Notes: generated by a model not told the origin, from the sequence alone. DNA of 63,878 bases, filler included, from Candidatus Woesearchaeota archaeon (GCA_046538795.1; 3 parts of 3 records of this genome joined end to end with filler, not necessarily neighbours in it); one strand, 5' to 3'; shown: positions 18,553 to 28,664, counted from the whole stretch's first letter. Translations and numbers: made by a program.

Positions 18553-19587
18553 CTAATCTACTATAACTGTATTCAGTTTTTCAAGATCACAAAAATCGCT
18601 TGTAAAGTTGTATGCTCCTGCATTTAGAAATACAAGTTCGTCTCCTATTTTTGGCTCGTCAAGATACACGCGATATCTGAAAAGATCAAGAGAACATGGA
18701 GTTATGCCTTTTACTGCATATGCTTTTCCTTTGCTTTTCTCAAACTCTCCTTTGATTCTGAGTTTTACAGGAACGATTATCGCATCCATGTCTGAGTTAT
18801 ATACTGATGCATTTACGATTATATTATTTTCGTATATCGCAACAATTCTTGCCCTAAGCTTTACAGCAGGTGCTGCGATGAACCTTCCGGGTTCTGTCAT
18901 CATCTTGATATTTTTTTTGTTAAGATATTTTTTTGTATCATTTATCCTTTTTAGTATTGAGGAGATTACGTCAACATTTGTATTTGCATATTCTGAAGGG
19001 AGTCCTCCACCTATGTTTATAACATCTATGGAGGCCAGTGTTCCTTTTCCAAACATGTTTTCTATTTCATATTTCAGGTTCCACTCTGCCATGTTCTGTG
19101 TTTTCCTATGAAAATGGATCCCTAATGATACTATTTTCTTGTTCTGCCTTAGTTTAGGTATTTTCTTGTTTATTGTTTCAGAATTCATTCCAAAAACAAA
19201 GTACCTTTCTGTCCTGATAGTATTTTCTTTTAGTTTTACCCTTAGCATAAGATCTATCTTTGCGTCATTTTTTTCAAGAAAACTTTCAAGCACTTCAAGA
19301 TCATAGGTGTTATCTACAACAAATCTTTTGACTCCTTTTTTCAAAAGCCTTATTATGTCATTTTTTGTCCAGCCCTGGACAAGAAACAAGACCCTGGATT
19401 TATCAGCCACGTTTTTAAGTTCGTTTTCCAGATGCATGCTAAAAAGGCAGTTTGTATATTTTTCGAGTATTTTTGTAATATGCGGATTTGTCTTGGAACT
19501 ATATGACACAATATCAGATATATCAACTATCTTTTTGTACTGCTCAATTACAATTTTTTTAGATAATTCAAAATATGCTTTTTTCAT
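18553..19587 (-). CDS. PLP-dependent basic amino acid decarboxylase (Orn/Arg/Lys, alanine-racemase fold)
   Basis: YSSKTN PLP lysine, GIHFH, INIGGG, EPGRF, G.TPCSLD, NAGAY. Confidence 0.88.
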   Translation of the reverse strand: MKKAYFELSKKIVIEQYKKIVDISDIVSYSSKTNPHITKILEKYTNCLFSMHLENELKNVADKSRVLFLVQGWTKNDIIRLLKKGVKRFVVDNTYDLEVLESFLEKNDAKIDLMLRVKLKENTIRTERYFVFGMNSETINKKIPKLRQNKKIVSLGIHFHRKTQNMAEWNLKYEIENMFGKGTLASIDVINIGGGLPSEYANTNVDVISSILKRINDTKKYLNKKNIKMMTEPGRFIAAPAVKLRARIVAIYENNIIVNASVYNSDMDAIIVPVKLRIKGEFEKSKGKAYAVKGITPCSLDLFRYRVYLDEPKIGDELVFLNAGAYNFTSDFCDLEKLNTVIVD

Positions 19588-20525
19588 CTTTTCAATAACC
19601 CGTCTTCTTTCAGTTCTTCAAGGGCCCTTATCATTGCAAGAGGAAACATGATTGTTACATCGCCAATCACTGTTGCTATGTCAGATTCATCTTTTACCTT
19701 GCCCCATGATTTTGCTTCTTGAGTTGTAGCTCCAGACATTGATCCTGAACTTTTGTGCGCTGTTGTCATATAGACTGCATACTCTGCTCCGCCGTTAAGA
19801 AGTGTTGCAAGTATTGCATGATGCTTTGAAATGCTTCCGCCCAATGCTATGACAGCTTTTTTCTCATCCTGGCTTGTTGCAAACAGGATGTTTCCAAAAT
19901 CCTTTACAACATCAACAATAAAATCAGGATGATTCTGCTGATATAGATAAAGGTGAAATCCCAACGCCCCATCGGTTATCGCAGGACAGAATATCGGAAC
20001 ATCATTTTTTGCTGCCTGATAAAGAATTGAGTTTTCATCTTTCTGCATGAAGCCAATCTCTTTCAAAAGTTCTGAGACTGCCCATCTTTTCTGCTTCTTG
20101 TAGAGTTTGTCAAGCATTGGTTTTATGAGATCTTCAAAATTCATGTAGCTTTCATTTTTTATAAGAAGATTTCCCACCCTGTTTATACCTTTTTCATGAA
20201 GCTCTACATCATCTGTATCGAAATTTCCTACAGTAAACTTTTCACCTTGCGACTTCATTATATCTTCTTCAAGGCCGCCTGCTGTCGTGACTATTACATC
20301 AGGTATGCCAAGCCTTATCAACTGTGCAAAAAATCCTCTTAAACCAGATGTCACCATGTTTGATGTGAATGTCAGAAATATCTTTGCACTGTTCTTTTTC
20401 ATCTTGACTATGCAGTCTCCTGCTTTTTTCAGTTCAATGCTTTGGAACCCAATCTCTCCGAAGCGATCTACAAGATCCTTAACTTTCATACCTTTTTTCC
20501 ACTTGAAATCATTTACATACTGCAT
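19584..20525 (-). CDS. dhs: Deoxyhypusine synthase family protein
   Basis: FTSNMVTSGLR, NRVGN, PAITDG, GSMSGA, EAKSWGK with the catalytic Lys. Confidence 0.93.
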   Translation of the reverse strand: MQYVNDFKWKKGMKVKDLVDRFGEIGFQSIELKKAGDCIVKMKKNSAKIFLTFTSNMVTSGLRGFFAQLIRLGIPDVIVTTAGGLEEDIMKSQGEKFTVGNFDTDDVELHEKGINRVGNLLIKNESYMNFEDLIKPMLDKLYKKQKRWAVSELLKEIGFMQKDENSILYQAAKNDVPIFCPAITDGALGFHLYLYQQNHPDFIVDVVKDFGNILFATSQDEKKAVIALGGSISKHHAILATLLNGGAEYAVYMTTAHKSSGSMSGATTQEAKSWGKVKDESDIATVIGDVTIMFPLAMIRALEELKEDGLLKR

Positions 20526-20545
20526 TTTATACCTCTATAATCTGA

Positions 20546-21304
20546 CTAAATCATTCCTTTCTTTCCAATAAAAATCGTTAATGGATATTCTCCTTTTTCA
20601 AGTAAATAGTCATCATAAATACCATCTAAAGATCTTATTTTCATTTTGAACCCAGCATTTTTTAAAACATTATCCCATATTTTTTCAGGAAAAAGACCTG
20701 CTTTAGATTCTTCAATATATTTGCTAAGTTTTCCGTTTTTACGTATTAAATAAAGCAATGTAATTTCATATGTATTTGGAACAAAAGGGTTAACATAATT
20801 ATTTTCTATCACAGTCACTTGTGTTTTACCTTTTTCTCCAGTATAAGCAAAATTATTATTGTGAAAAGTTTCTTTTGTTTTACCCACTATCATTAAAACT
20901 CCACCAGGTTTTAAATGTACAGCTGATGTTTGTATGGCTTGTTTTAAATCATCTAATGATACCATATAATCAATACTATCTGGAATAATGACACAGTCAA
21001 ACTGACGATTCAAACGTATTGTACGCATATCTCCTTCAAGATATTCAATTTCCGGGTTAGTTTTTTTCGCTTTTTCCAACATTCCAGTACTTAAATCAAC
21101 CCCTGTAATTTTGTAATATTTTTTAAAATGAAAATCATGCCCTCCTGAACCACATCCAAGATGTAATACAGTATTAATCGGCTTTTCAGCTGTATCATTG
21201 ATCAAGCCAACATATTTATTTACTTCATCTTTGTATTTTTTGGAATCAGCAAGAAAATCCTCTGTCCATGCTAACTCATTATATGAAATCCAATTTGAAG
21301 CCAT
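20546..21304 (-). CDS. Class I SAM-dependent methyltransferase
   Basis: VLHLGCGSG, GVDLS, GDMR, HLKPGG. Confidence 0.9.
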   Translation of the reverse strand: MASNWISYNELAWTEDFLADSKKYKDEVNKYVGLINDTAEKPINTVLHLGCGSGGHDFHFKKYYKITGVDLSTGMLEKAKKTNPEIEYLEGDMRTIRLNRQFDCVIIPDSIDYMVSLDDLKQAIQTSAVHLKPGGVLMIVGKTKETFHNNNFAYTGEKGKTQVTVIENNYVNPFVPNTYEITLLYLIRKNGKLSKYIEESKAGLFPEKIWDNVLKNAGFKMKIRSLDGIYDDYLLEKGEYPLTIFIGKKGMI

Positions 21305-21575
21305 TTTTTTATTTCTCCATTATTATAATGTCTTGATAATATTCATTCGTTGGGTATTGCACATAATTTATAATATCTAAAATTGATGATTTAAAATTTT
21401 GTCAAAATTGAAACACAATTGTTGTTTTTAATTGATCGCAGAAATAAAACTAACTAGAACCTGAAGTTATATGTACTGTACCTGTAAAAAAATCTTGAAC
21501 TCATAGATAGAATTAATCAGATGTTGTTTATAAATGTAATGGATAAATTGAGTTCTAAAGATCCAATAACTCAAA

Positions 21576-21626
21576 CCGATGGCTCTTCCCTAACCTGCTC
21601 GAAGAGTACCCTTGCAGGGCAAACCC
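21576..21626. ncRNA. Candidate structured RNA element (H-type pseudoknot potential), family unidentified
   Basis: GC-rich island in AT-rich intergenic DNA with interleaved pairings CTCTTC/GAAGAG and CCTGC/GCAGG. Confidence 0.35.
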
Positions 21627-21649
21627 AAAATTTAGAAAAAAGAAAAAAA

Positions 21650-22144
21650 TCATTTCATCATGCTCTTTAGATCTTCTTCGAGATTTTCGAGATCCTCTTC
21701 ATGCTCTACTTCATCCTCCATGATCTTTCTTATCATATTGAATGATATAGGATCATCTCCAGTCTTAAGCTTATCGAGAATTTTCTTGTAAGTCTCGATT
21801 GCACACTGTTCACCTTCTATATTTTGGCGAAGTATTGCTCCAACACTTGAATCTTCCGGCGCATCGTAACCGCATCCGCTTTTTTTCAGCAATTCTTCCG
21901 GACTTAGCAAAGGTGTTCCTCCCAACTGTATTATTCGTTCTGCAAGCATATTGGCATGCTTAAGCTCTTCTTGTGAATGCTCGTTTAGTTCTTCTTCAAC
22001 AATTCCTCTCATAGGTCCTTTTACAACTCTTGCACCTATCCAATACTGGTAAACTGCAAGCCATTCATCAGCAAGCGCCTTGTTCATCATATCAATAAGC
22101 TCCTGTACATCCATCCCGACTATCTCTCTACCTTTTGTTCCCAT
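21650..22144 (-). CDS. Ferritin-like (bacterioferritin/DpsL-type) protein
   Basis: ADEWLA.YQY, EELKHA, ERIIQLGG.P, EQCAI..Y, DEVEHE. GGAGGT SD. Confidence 0.9.
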   Translation of the reverse strand: MGTKGREIVGMDVQELIDMMNKALADEWLAVYQYWIGARVVKGPMRGIVEEELNEHSQEELKHANMLAERIIQLGGTPLLSPEELLKKSGCGYDAPEDSSVGAILRQNIEGEQCAIETYKKILDKLKTGDDPISFNMIRKIMEDEVEHEEDLENLEEDLKSMMK

Positions 22145-22278
22145 AATATATACCTCCATATATTCTATTATCACAGAAATTTAATATCTAAACAAATGCT
22201 AAAATTACGACCCCGATAATTAATAATAAACTAATAAAAGGTAAGATTTAAAGTATTTAAAAAACTATAGTTTAAACT

Positions 22279-22563
22279 ATGAAAATCAAAAAAAACCTGA
22301 TAGTCCAGTCAATAATTATTATTTTACTGATAATTGCACTGATAATATTTGACTTATCTCTTAATCTGGGGAAGTTCAGTGGTCTTGTTTTCTCACTATA
22401 TCTGTCCTATGCATCCATCCTTATATTCATAATAAACGGAATAACATCCATGGTGTATTTTTTCAGGAAGAAAAATGAAAAATCTAAATCTTTCTTTCTT
22501 GTAGGATTGATATTGGGAATTATCGGTATTTTGGTTGCATATATTGGCGGAAGATTATTCTGA
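22279..22563 (+). CDS. Small membrane protein (three TMs)
   Basis: Three hydrophobic segments. Confidence 0.65.
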   Translation: MKIKKNLIVQSIIIILLIIALIIFDLSLNLGKFSGLVFSLYLSYASILIFIINGITSMVYFFRKKNEKSKSFFLVGLILGIIGILVAYIGGRLF

Positions 22564-22617
22564 TAAAAAAGAATCATTCCAAAACATTAATATATCATCT
22601 TTACAAATCGATTTATC

Positions 22618-23286
22618 ATGGGGTTATTCAAAAAAAAGAAAGAAGAAGTGCTTGTAGTGCCAAGAACAAAACTTTTTGGTGATGACAGAGAACGATTCTT
22701 CCAGGGATTCATGCCTAAAAAAGGGACTTCTTTTGAAGATGTAATTATAGAAAATAACCAGTATCTTCTTAGAAAACATACTTCTGAAGAGCAGAAAATT
22801 CCTGCAGAAAATGATGAAAATTTCAAGCAGATCATACCATATGCTATACTTAGGAAGAAAGACAAGTTCTTTGTATATAAGAGGACAAAAAAGGGAAACG
22901 AAGAAAGGCTTCATGAGAAATTTTCTTTGGGTGTTGGAGGCCACATCAATCCTTTAAGCATGCGCAGGATGAACAAACTTATCAGGAAAGGTTCAGAACT
23001 ATCAATAATAGATCATGGAATGATAACAGAATTAGAAGAAGAGATAAAGCATAAAGAAGAAAAGCTAAATTACAAAATCATAGGTTACATAAATCATGAT
23101 GGTAATGAGGTTGGAAGAGTACATTTCGGAATAGTATATCTTATAGATCTTTCAGACGATATCGAGATAAGAGAAAAACACAAACTTGAAGGAACCATGA
23201 TGACCAAAGAAGAGATTGCAAAGATAAAAGACAAGTTTGAAGAATGGTCACAGTTTGCATGGACTCATCTCCTTATAAATTATTGA
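22618..23286 (+). CDS. NUDIX family phosphoesterase (YmaB-like)
   Basis: FKQIIPY, E.RLH.K.SLGVGGHIN, ELEEE, VGRVHFG. Confidence 0.85.
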   Translation: MGLFKKKKEEVLVVPRTKLFGDDRERFFQGFMPKKGTSFEDVIIENNQYLLRKHTSEEQKIPAENDENFKQIIPYAILRKKDKFFVYKRTKKGNEERLHEKFSLGVGGHINPLSMRRMNKLIRKGSELSIIDHGMITELEEEIKHKEEKLNYKIIGYINHDGNEVGRVHFGIVYLIDLSDDIEIREKHKLEGTMMTKEEIAKIKDKFEEWSQFAWTHLLINY

Positions 23287-23295
23287 TTCTGTTTT

Positions 23296-23430
23296 CTATA
23301 ATGCAATCAGAAATATTGAGCCGATAACTATGCCCAGACTAATACCAAAAATAATCCCTTTTAGAAAACTTTTCATCCTATAATCAGAAATGTCAAGGTT
23401 TTTTAGATTTTGGACAATATTTTTGACCAT
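23296..23430 (-). CDS. Small single-TM protein (44 aa), below the ORF-track cutoff
   Basis: MVKNIVQNLKNLDISDYRMKSFLKGIIFGISLGIVIGSIFLIAL, with GxxxG-spaced TM glycines. Confidence 0.5.
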   Translation of the reverse strand: MVKNIVQNLKNLDISDYRMKSFLKGIIFGISLGIVIGSIFLIAL

Positions 23431-23518
23431 GTTAAATATTTATATCTTAATTATTTAAAAAACTTGTTCTAGTATTAACGTCAATATTTAAATATAGAAC
23501 TTCATTTTACCCAACAAA

Positions 23519-25141
23519 ATGAGCAAAACCAATAAAAAGGACAAAAATAAGGATAATGGACTTGACAACAGCAGACTTGTACACTGGGCAGACGTAGTAG
23601 TTAAACGTGTAATCGCCCAGAAAGGAGATAAGAAAAAATATGTTGTTGCTGCAGGAATTACACCTTCAGGAGTAGTTCATATAGGAAATTTCAGGGAGAT
23701 AATTACTGTGGACCTTGTTGCAAAGGCATTCAGGGATGCAGGAAAAGAAGTTAGATTTATCTATTCGTGGGATGATTACGATGTGTTAAGAAAAGTCCCT
23801 AAGAACATGCCTAATCAGGATATGTTAAAGAAACATCTTAGAAAACCTATTGTTGATATACCTGATCCTTTCGGAACCGAAGACAGTTATGCAAGACACC
23901 ATGAAGTAGATGTTGAAAATGATATCGACAAGGTTGACATTAGACCTGAATTTCTTTATCAGGCAAAAAAATACAGAAAACTTGAATATGTTGACGGGAT
24001 AAGAACAGCACTTAAGAACACCCGAAAAATAAAAGAGATACTCGATCAATACAGAAAAGAGCCATTAGAACAAGGCTGGATGCCTCTTTCAGGCTACTGT
24101 CCTGAATGCAATAAATACGATGTAACATTTTCAGATTATGATGGCAACAATATGCTCAGGATGACATGTTCTGAATGCAACAAAACTTATGATGTTGATA
24201 TCAGAAAAGCGCCATATCTTAAACTTCCATGGAGAGTTGACTGGCCTATGAGATGGGCTCATGAAAGAGTCGATTTTGAACCAGGAGGAAAAGACCACAG
24301 CACAGTGGGAGGATCATATTATACAGCCAAAGACATAGTAACATTATTTGATTGGGAAGCACCAAGCTATGAAAAATATGATTTTGTAAGCATAAAGGGA
24401 CTTGGAGGAAAGATATCTTCATCGATAGGAAATGTGATAACACTTAGAGAGTGTCTTGAGATATACGAACCAGAAATAGTAAGATATCTTTTTGCTGGAA
24501 CACAACCTAAAAGTGAATTTGCAATATCATTTGATCTTGACGTGATTAAGATATATGAAGATTTTGACAAGTGCGAAAGAGTTTATTTCGGTGAGGAGAC
24601 CATCAAGGAAAAAAAGCTTGCTAAAGAAAAAAGAATTTATGAATTAAGCTGTGTGAAGGAAGTTCCTAAGAAAATGCCTTTCCAGCCTTCATTCAGGCAC
24701 CTGACCAACGTAATACAGACTTACTCTTTTGATGAAAAAAGAATACTTGATTATTACAAAAATAACCTTAAATCAAAAGATGATGAAGGAAGGCTTAAGA
24801 AAAGGATGCTTTGTGCAGAGAACTGGCTTAAAAAATATGCTCCTGATGATTTCAAGTATGAGATACAAACTGAGATCAAAAAACAGGATATGGATGAAAA
24901 CATGAAAAAAATATTCTCTGAGATCATAGGTATACTTGAAAAAAAAGAATGGAATGAAGAAGATTTGCACAGTAAGTTTTATGAAATTGCAAGGAATAAT
25001 AACGTAGAGCCTCCTGATTTTTTTAAGTCAGCATATAATATACTTGTAAACAAGGAAAGAGGTCCAAAACTCGCACATTTCATAATAATGATAGGACAAA
25101 AAAAGGTTGCAGAAATGTTTTCAAAAGCAATAGGTGAATAA
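23519..25141 (+). CDS. lysS: Class I lysyl-tRNA synthetase
   Basis: HWAD, GITPSG.VHIGN, KLPWRVDWPMRW, GKDH, KISSS, GPKL. Confidence 0.97.
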   Translation: MSKTNKKDKNKDNGLDNSRLVHWADVVVKRVIAQKGDKKKYVVAAGITPSGVVHIGNFREIITVDLVAKAFRDAGKEVRFIYSWDDYDVLRKVPKNMPNQDMLKKHLRKPIVDIPDPFGTEDSYARHHEVDVENDIDKVDIRPEFLYQAKKYRKLEYVDGIRTALKNTRKIKEILDQYRKEPLEQGWMPLSGYCPECNKYDVTFSDYDGNNMLRMTCSECNKTYDVDIRKAPYLKLPWRVDWPMRWAHERVDFEPGGKDHSTVGGSYYTAKDIVTLFDWEAPSYEKYDFVSIKGLGGKISSSIGNVITLRECLEIYEPEIVRYLFAGTQPKSEFAISFDLDVIKIYEDFDKCERVYFGEETIKEKKLAKEKRIYELSCVKEVPKKMPFQPSFRHLTNVIQTYSFDEKRILDYYKNNLKSKDDEGRLKKRMLCAENWLKKYAPDDFKYEIQTEIKKQDMDENMKKIFSEIIGILEKKEWNEEDLHSKFYEIARNNNVEPPDFFKSAYNILVNKERGPKLAHFIIMIGQKKVAEMFSKAIGE

Positions 25142-25143
25142 AA

Positions 25144-25647
25144 ATGCCATGGACTGCATATACAAGAAGAGATTATGGACGAGAGATGCAAAGAGAAAGG
25201 ATACAAGAAGCCATAAGCTCAACACAGGAAAAGCTATATGGCCAAAAAAGTAAAAACCAACGAATTGATCCTGAAGGAGAATTATCTCTTTTGCATAAAT
25301 CTTCTTTGTTAGAATCATTCATGCTGGAATATCTCAAGGAAGATGCTGAAAAATATGAAGCTACAAAAAACCCGGTACATGCTGAAGATTTCCTAAGACA
25401 TTCTAAGAGATTTTTTCTGTTTTCAGAAAGAAATCACCCATATACTGTAAAGGTGCCTGATGACATGCGAGAACTCAAACGTTTTGGACTGCCTGAATGG
25501 CCTGAAACTGCTGATAATCTTAAGGAAAAAAGAAAAAGACATATAAGACATTATAACAGCCTTTGCAAATCATTTTATAGTGTATATGAATCAGTCAACA
25601 AAGATGCAGACAGGGAATTTGATCTTGAGGATATAATTGCAGGATGA
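25144..25647 (+). CDS. Hypothetical protein
   Basis: 167-aa ORF starting 2 nt after lysS. Confidence 0.65.
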   Translation: MPWTAYTRRDYGREMQRERIQEAISSTQEKLYGQKSKNQRIDPEGELSLLHKSSLLESFMLEYLKEDAEKYEATKNPVHAEDFLRHSKRFFLFSERNHPYTVKVPDDMRELKRFGLPEWPETADNLKEKRKRHIRHYNSLCKSFYSVYESVNKDADREFDLEDIIAG

Positions 25648-25654
25648 AAAATTA

Positions 25655-26461
25655 TCATCCTTTGTTTTTTGCCCTATATATCAGGAAAATTCCCAAGGCT
25701 ATCATTCCTATATACACAATACTGCTTACTATAGGAACTCTTGGCTTGTTCCAGCCAAGGCTGAACCAGCCTTGGTTACTTATCTCTGCAATCTTTTCGT
25801 CTCTATTGAATCTGCATCCGCTGCAACTCATATCTCCAGGCAGATAATCAAATTTGACTTCTCCTGTATAATACACCCTGCTATAAAAGTCAACATATCG
25901 ATTCACACCATCAGAGGAAGGAATTTCTTCATAACTAATTCTTGCAGGAACATTATATGAGTAATCAATAGACCATAGTCCAAGATTATAATAATTCGGA
26001 GTAATAAGTCTCCTGTAATCAAGCTCAAAAACCATCTCTGAATTAGGGTTTAAAGTGTATTCATTAAGGTAAGTTATCTGGCTTGTACTGTCTGATTCAA
26101 AAGATACCTGAAGCTCTTCTTCTAATCCATTTATCCTTAATTGAATTTCTTCTGGTTTATTAGGAAATGATATTGAAAGGTCAAGTCTTATTGAATTATT
26201 AGTCGGGTTGAAAACTCTTATCTCATAAAAGGCATCTTCATAATTATCTTTTCCAACAGTTACATCAAGGTCATATGTAGTGTTCACATAATTCCAAATA
26301 GGATTAAGGACATCTTTAGAAGGTTCTGCCTGAGTCTTTACTGGATTTACTGCATAATCCGGAGCCGCTGATGCTTCTGAGATAATAACAAGCGTAAATA
26401 ACTCCATCAAAAATAGCATGAAGATGATTTTTGATACTGTTCTTTTATTATTATTTACCAT
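25655..26461 (-). CDS. Secreted protein with C-terminal membrane anchor
   Basis: Signal peptide ending ASA-A, beta-rich body with CSGC, C-terminal TM and basic tail. Confidence 0.7.
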   Translation of the reverse strand: MVNNNKRTVSKIIFMLFLMELFTLVIISEASAAPDYAVNPVKTQAEPSKDVLNPIWNYVNTTYDLDVTVGKDNYEDAFYEIRVFNPTNNSIRLDLSISFPNKPEEIQLRINGLEEELQVSFESDSTSQITYLNEYTLNPNSEMVFELDYRRLITPNYYNLGLWSIDYSYNVPARISYEEIPSSDGVNRYVDFYSRVYYTGEVKFDYLPGDMSCSGCRFNRDEKIAEISNQGWFSLGWNKPRVPIVSSIVYIGMIALGIFLIYRAKNKG

Positions 26462-26462
26462 C

Positions 26463-27119
26463 TTATACCACCAGCAAAAGATATTGAAGTATAACATTGG
26501 CTATTACAAGACCCACAACTAATAATGCTCTATCATACACTGATTTATCGATTTTTATTTCTCTTCCTCTTATGAAATCAAGGACAAATTTTCCAAGTTC
26601 AATGCCTATCGATGTAGCTGCCATAACTGCAATCGCATAAAGCACGAACAAAAAAACAACTTTCAATGCTATGCCTGCAGGAGCAAATTCAAGCACTTCA
26701 GGAATTGATGCTCCTGCTGTAATCCCTATTATAAAAAGGTAAATGATTGAAGGTATGCCTATAAGAACACCTGTAGCTATCAATATCAATGCAGATATTA
26801 TGTTGTTTCTCATAACATATAACATGTCAATAGGACTTTCGCCTACTTGTTCATAAGATACATCAGGACGCACAGAAGAGTCAGCATACTGAAGATTATT
26901 TGAAAGATATTGTTCATGTATTGGATATATTACACCCACATTTTCCAATATAGGTCTTTTGATAAAATCAAGATAGCGCATGCTGTAACCCAAAAAAAGC
27001 CCTGCAAAAAAAAGTATAAGAGCAATCTTTACGAATCGATTGGACAACATTTCATGTATCCATCTTCTTATTTTTGTTCCTTTTGCTGAATGATTTTTTG
27101 CAGCATTTCTTTTTTTCAA
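26463..27119 (-). CDS. SpoIIM (DUF95)-like membrane protein
   Basis: Multi-TM protein with the NN motif (RNNIISALILI.TGVLIG.P). TTG start. Confidence 0.6.
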   Translation of the reverse strand: MKKRNAAKNHSAKGTKIRRWIHEMLSNRFVKIALILFFAGLFLGYSMRYLDFIKRPILENVGVIYPIHEQYLSNNLQYADSSVRPDVSYEQVGESPIDMLYVMRNNIISALILIATGVLIGIPSIIYLFIIGITAGASIPEVLEFAPAGIALKVVFLFVLYAIAVMAATSIGIELGKFVLDFIRGREIKIDKSVYDRALLVVGLVIANVILQYLLLVV

Positions 27120-27245
27120 TTTGATCCCTCAAAAACATATTGATTTTATATTAGCATATGAAGAAATTGCTGCAAAACTGAAAGTCTTTGATATTCCCTT
27201 ACTAAATTACAAGTTTTAACGACTTTAGTCAAGACGCAATTTCTA

Positions 27246-27270
27246 ATTGAAAACTTATCGAGTTTTCAAT
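27246..27270. terminator. Perfect 10-bp inverted repeat, terminator or operator
   Basis: ATTGAAAACT-TATCG-AGTTTTCAAT about 20 nt downstream of the ArsR-type gene. Confidence 0.4.
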
Positions 27271-27291
27271 AAACTAAAAGCTTCAAGCTAT

Positions 27292-28119
27292 TTAGAGTTT
27301 TTTTCTTCTCTTATGGCTATGTGTTCCAAGATGGTATATGAACAATCCTACCAAAAACAAAAGCACGGCATAAGATGCATATTGGAGTACAGGAAATCTG
27401 TTAGCCCTTTCTTTTGCAATAATGACTTCGTCTGTCACGTCCTCAGGCAAAGTTTGCCGGGGCATGATCTGGTTTGATTCGCTTTCTGGTGACTCAATTT
27501 CCGAATCACCATCATATATATCCGAATCACCATCATCTATAGAATCTTCTGCGGATTCATCAGTACTTTCTATAGAAGAAATACCAAGAGTTCTCATATC
27601 ATCACCTTCTCCGCCAGTTCCTGCAATTTCAGGATTATCTACAGGAGGCATTGATTCTGCCGACGGCATCCTGTTTGAGTTTCTTTGCACAGGGATATTT
27701 CCAAAATCTTGTGATGCAGCATCCTCTGCAAGAAACGGATTCTTTGGGACAGATGATAAATAAATATCATTGAATGTTGTGAAAAGGGAAAGCGCTGCGA
27801 CAAAAAACAAAGAAACAAGTATGACCCATATTTTTTTTCGTTCTGGGTATAAAAGACAACGGCCTTTTTCTGTAAGATCGTAATATTTCCATTTTCTTCC
27901 TTCATCCTTCTGCTTGACAAGACCTGCTTCTGCCATCTTATCCATGTGTTCTTTCACAGTAGCTACAGACAATCCTAAAACATCGGCCATCTCTGACTGA
28001 GTCTTTCTTCTTTTGCTTAGCTCTTTGAGTATTTCAACCCTTGTATCTACAGCCAGTGCCTTAAAGGTCTTTTGGTCAAGCACTATTTTTTCTTCATTAA
28101 AAGAATCCATATAAATCAC
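27292..28119 (-). CDS. Membrane-tethered ArsR-type winged-helix regulator
   Basis: FKALAVDTRVEILK.L, HTH, WKYY.LT.KG, then TM, acidic low-complexity loop and a second TM. Confidence 0.8.
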   Translation of the reverse strand: MIYMDSFNEEKIVLDQKTFKALAVDTRVEILKELSKRRKTQSEMADVLGLSVATVKEHMDKMAEAGLVKQKDEGRKWKYYDLTEKGRCLLYPERKKIWVILVSLFFVAALSLFTTFNDIYLSSVPKNPFLAEDAASQDFGNIPVQRNSNRMPSAESMPPVDNPEIAGTGGEGDDMRTLGISSIESTDESAEDSIDDGDSDIYDGDSEIESPESESNQIMPRQTLPEDVTDEVIIAKERANRFPVLQYASYAVLLFLVGLFIYHLGTHSHKRRKKL

Positions 28120-28583
28120 ATCAAACTGTCAGTTGAATATATTTTTTCATCATGATAAAATATTGAGATGCTTCCTGGTTCATGGTCAATCTCTATCTCG
28201 CCGGTTACGGTCTCAGGAGTTATTACATCAGCACACATCATATCTGAAGGTTCTGCAATTACTACAAGCCTTATCTGCACAGGATATGATTCTAATATAT
28301 TTTCATTTACATTAAGCGTATGGCAGGGAGTTGGCTTATCTATTGTTGCTTCGTATCTTAATAATTCTTTAACAGGATCATAATAAACATTAAAATCTTC
28401 TGCTTCATAGTTTTCTCCAATAAAAACATCAGAAATCCCATTATCATTAGAATCATCATCTATATCTGACTGCTGTGAGCATGCAACACTAATTACTGAA
28501 ATGATCAGAAATGATAATACAAGTAAAACCTTATTTTTCAGATTATTTTTCATTTTTATCATCTTATAGTTATTAATGATCAC
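28116..28583 (-). CDS. Lipoprotein-like secreted protein
   Basis: Hydrophobic leader ending VAC, then PTPCH, ESYPVQ and CADVI. Confidence 0.7.
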   Translation of the reverse strand: MIINNYKMIKMKNNLKNKVLLVLSFLIISVISVACSQQSDIDDDSNDNGISDVFIGENYEAEDFNVYYDPVKELLRYEATIDKPTPCHTLNVNENILESYPVQIRLVVIAEPSDMMCADVITPETVTGEIEIDHEPGSISIFYHDEKIYSTDSLM

Positions 28584-28664
28584 TTTTTAAAAAATAAAGA
28601 TGAATTTTCTTATTAATTAGATGAAGCTGTTTTTAAATATGTTGTTTTATTTTATGGCAGAAAC

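Noticed and set aside
20546..21304. Methyltransferase as a polyamine-modifying member of the dhs operon
   Set aside because: It is only 20 nt upstream and co-oriented, but it lacks aminopropyltransferase motifs, so no functional link can be supported from sequence.
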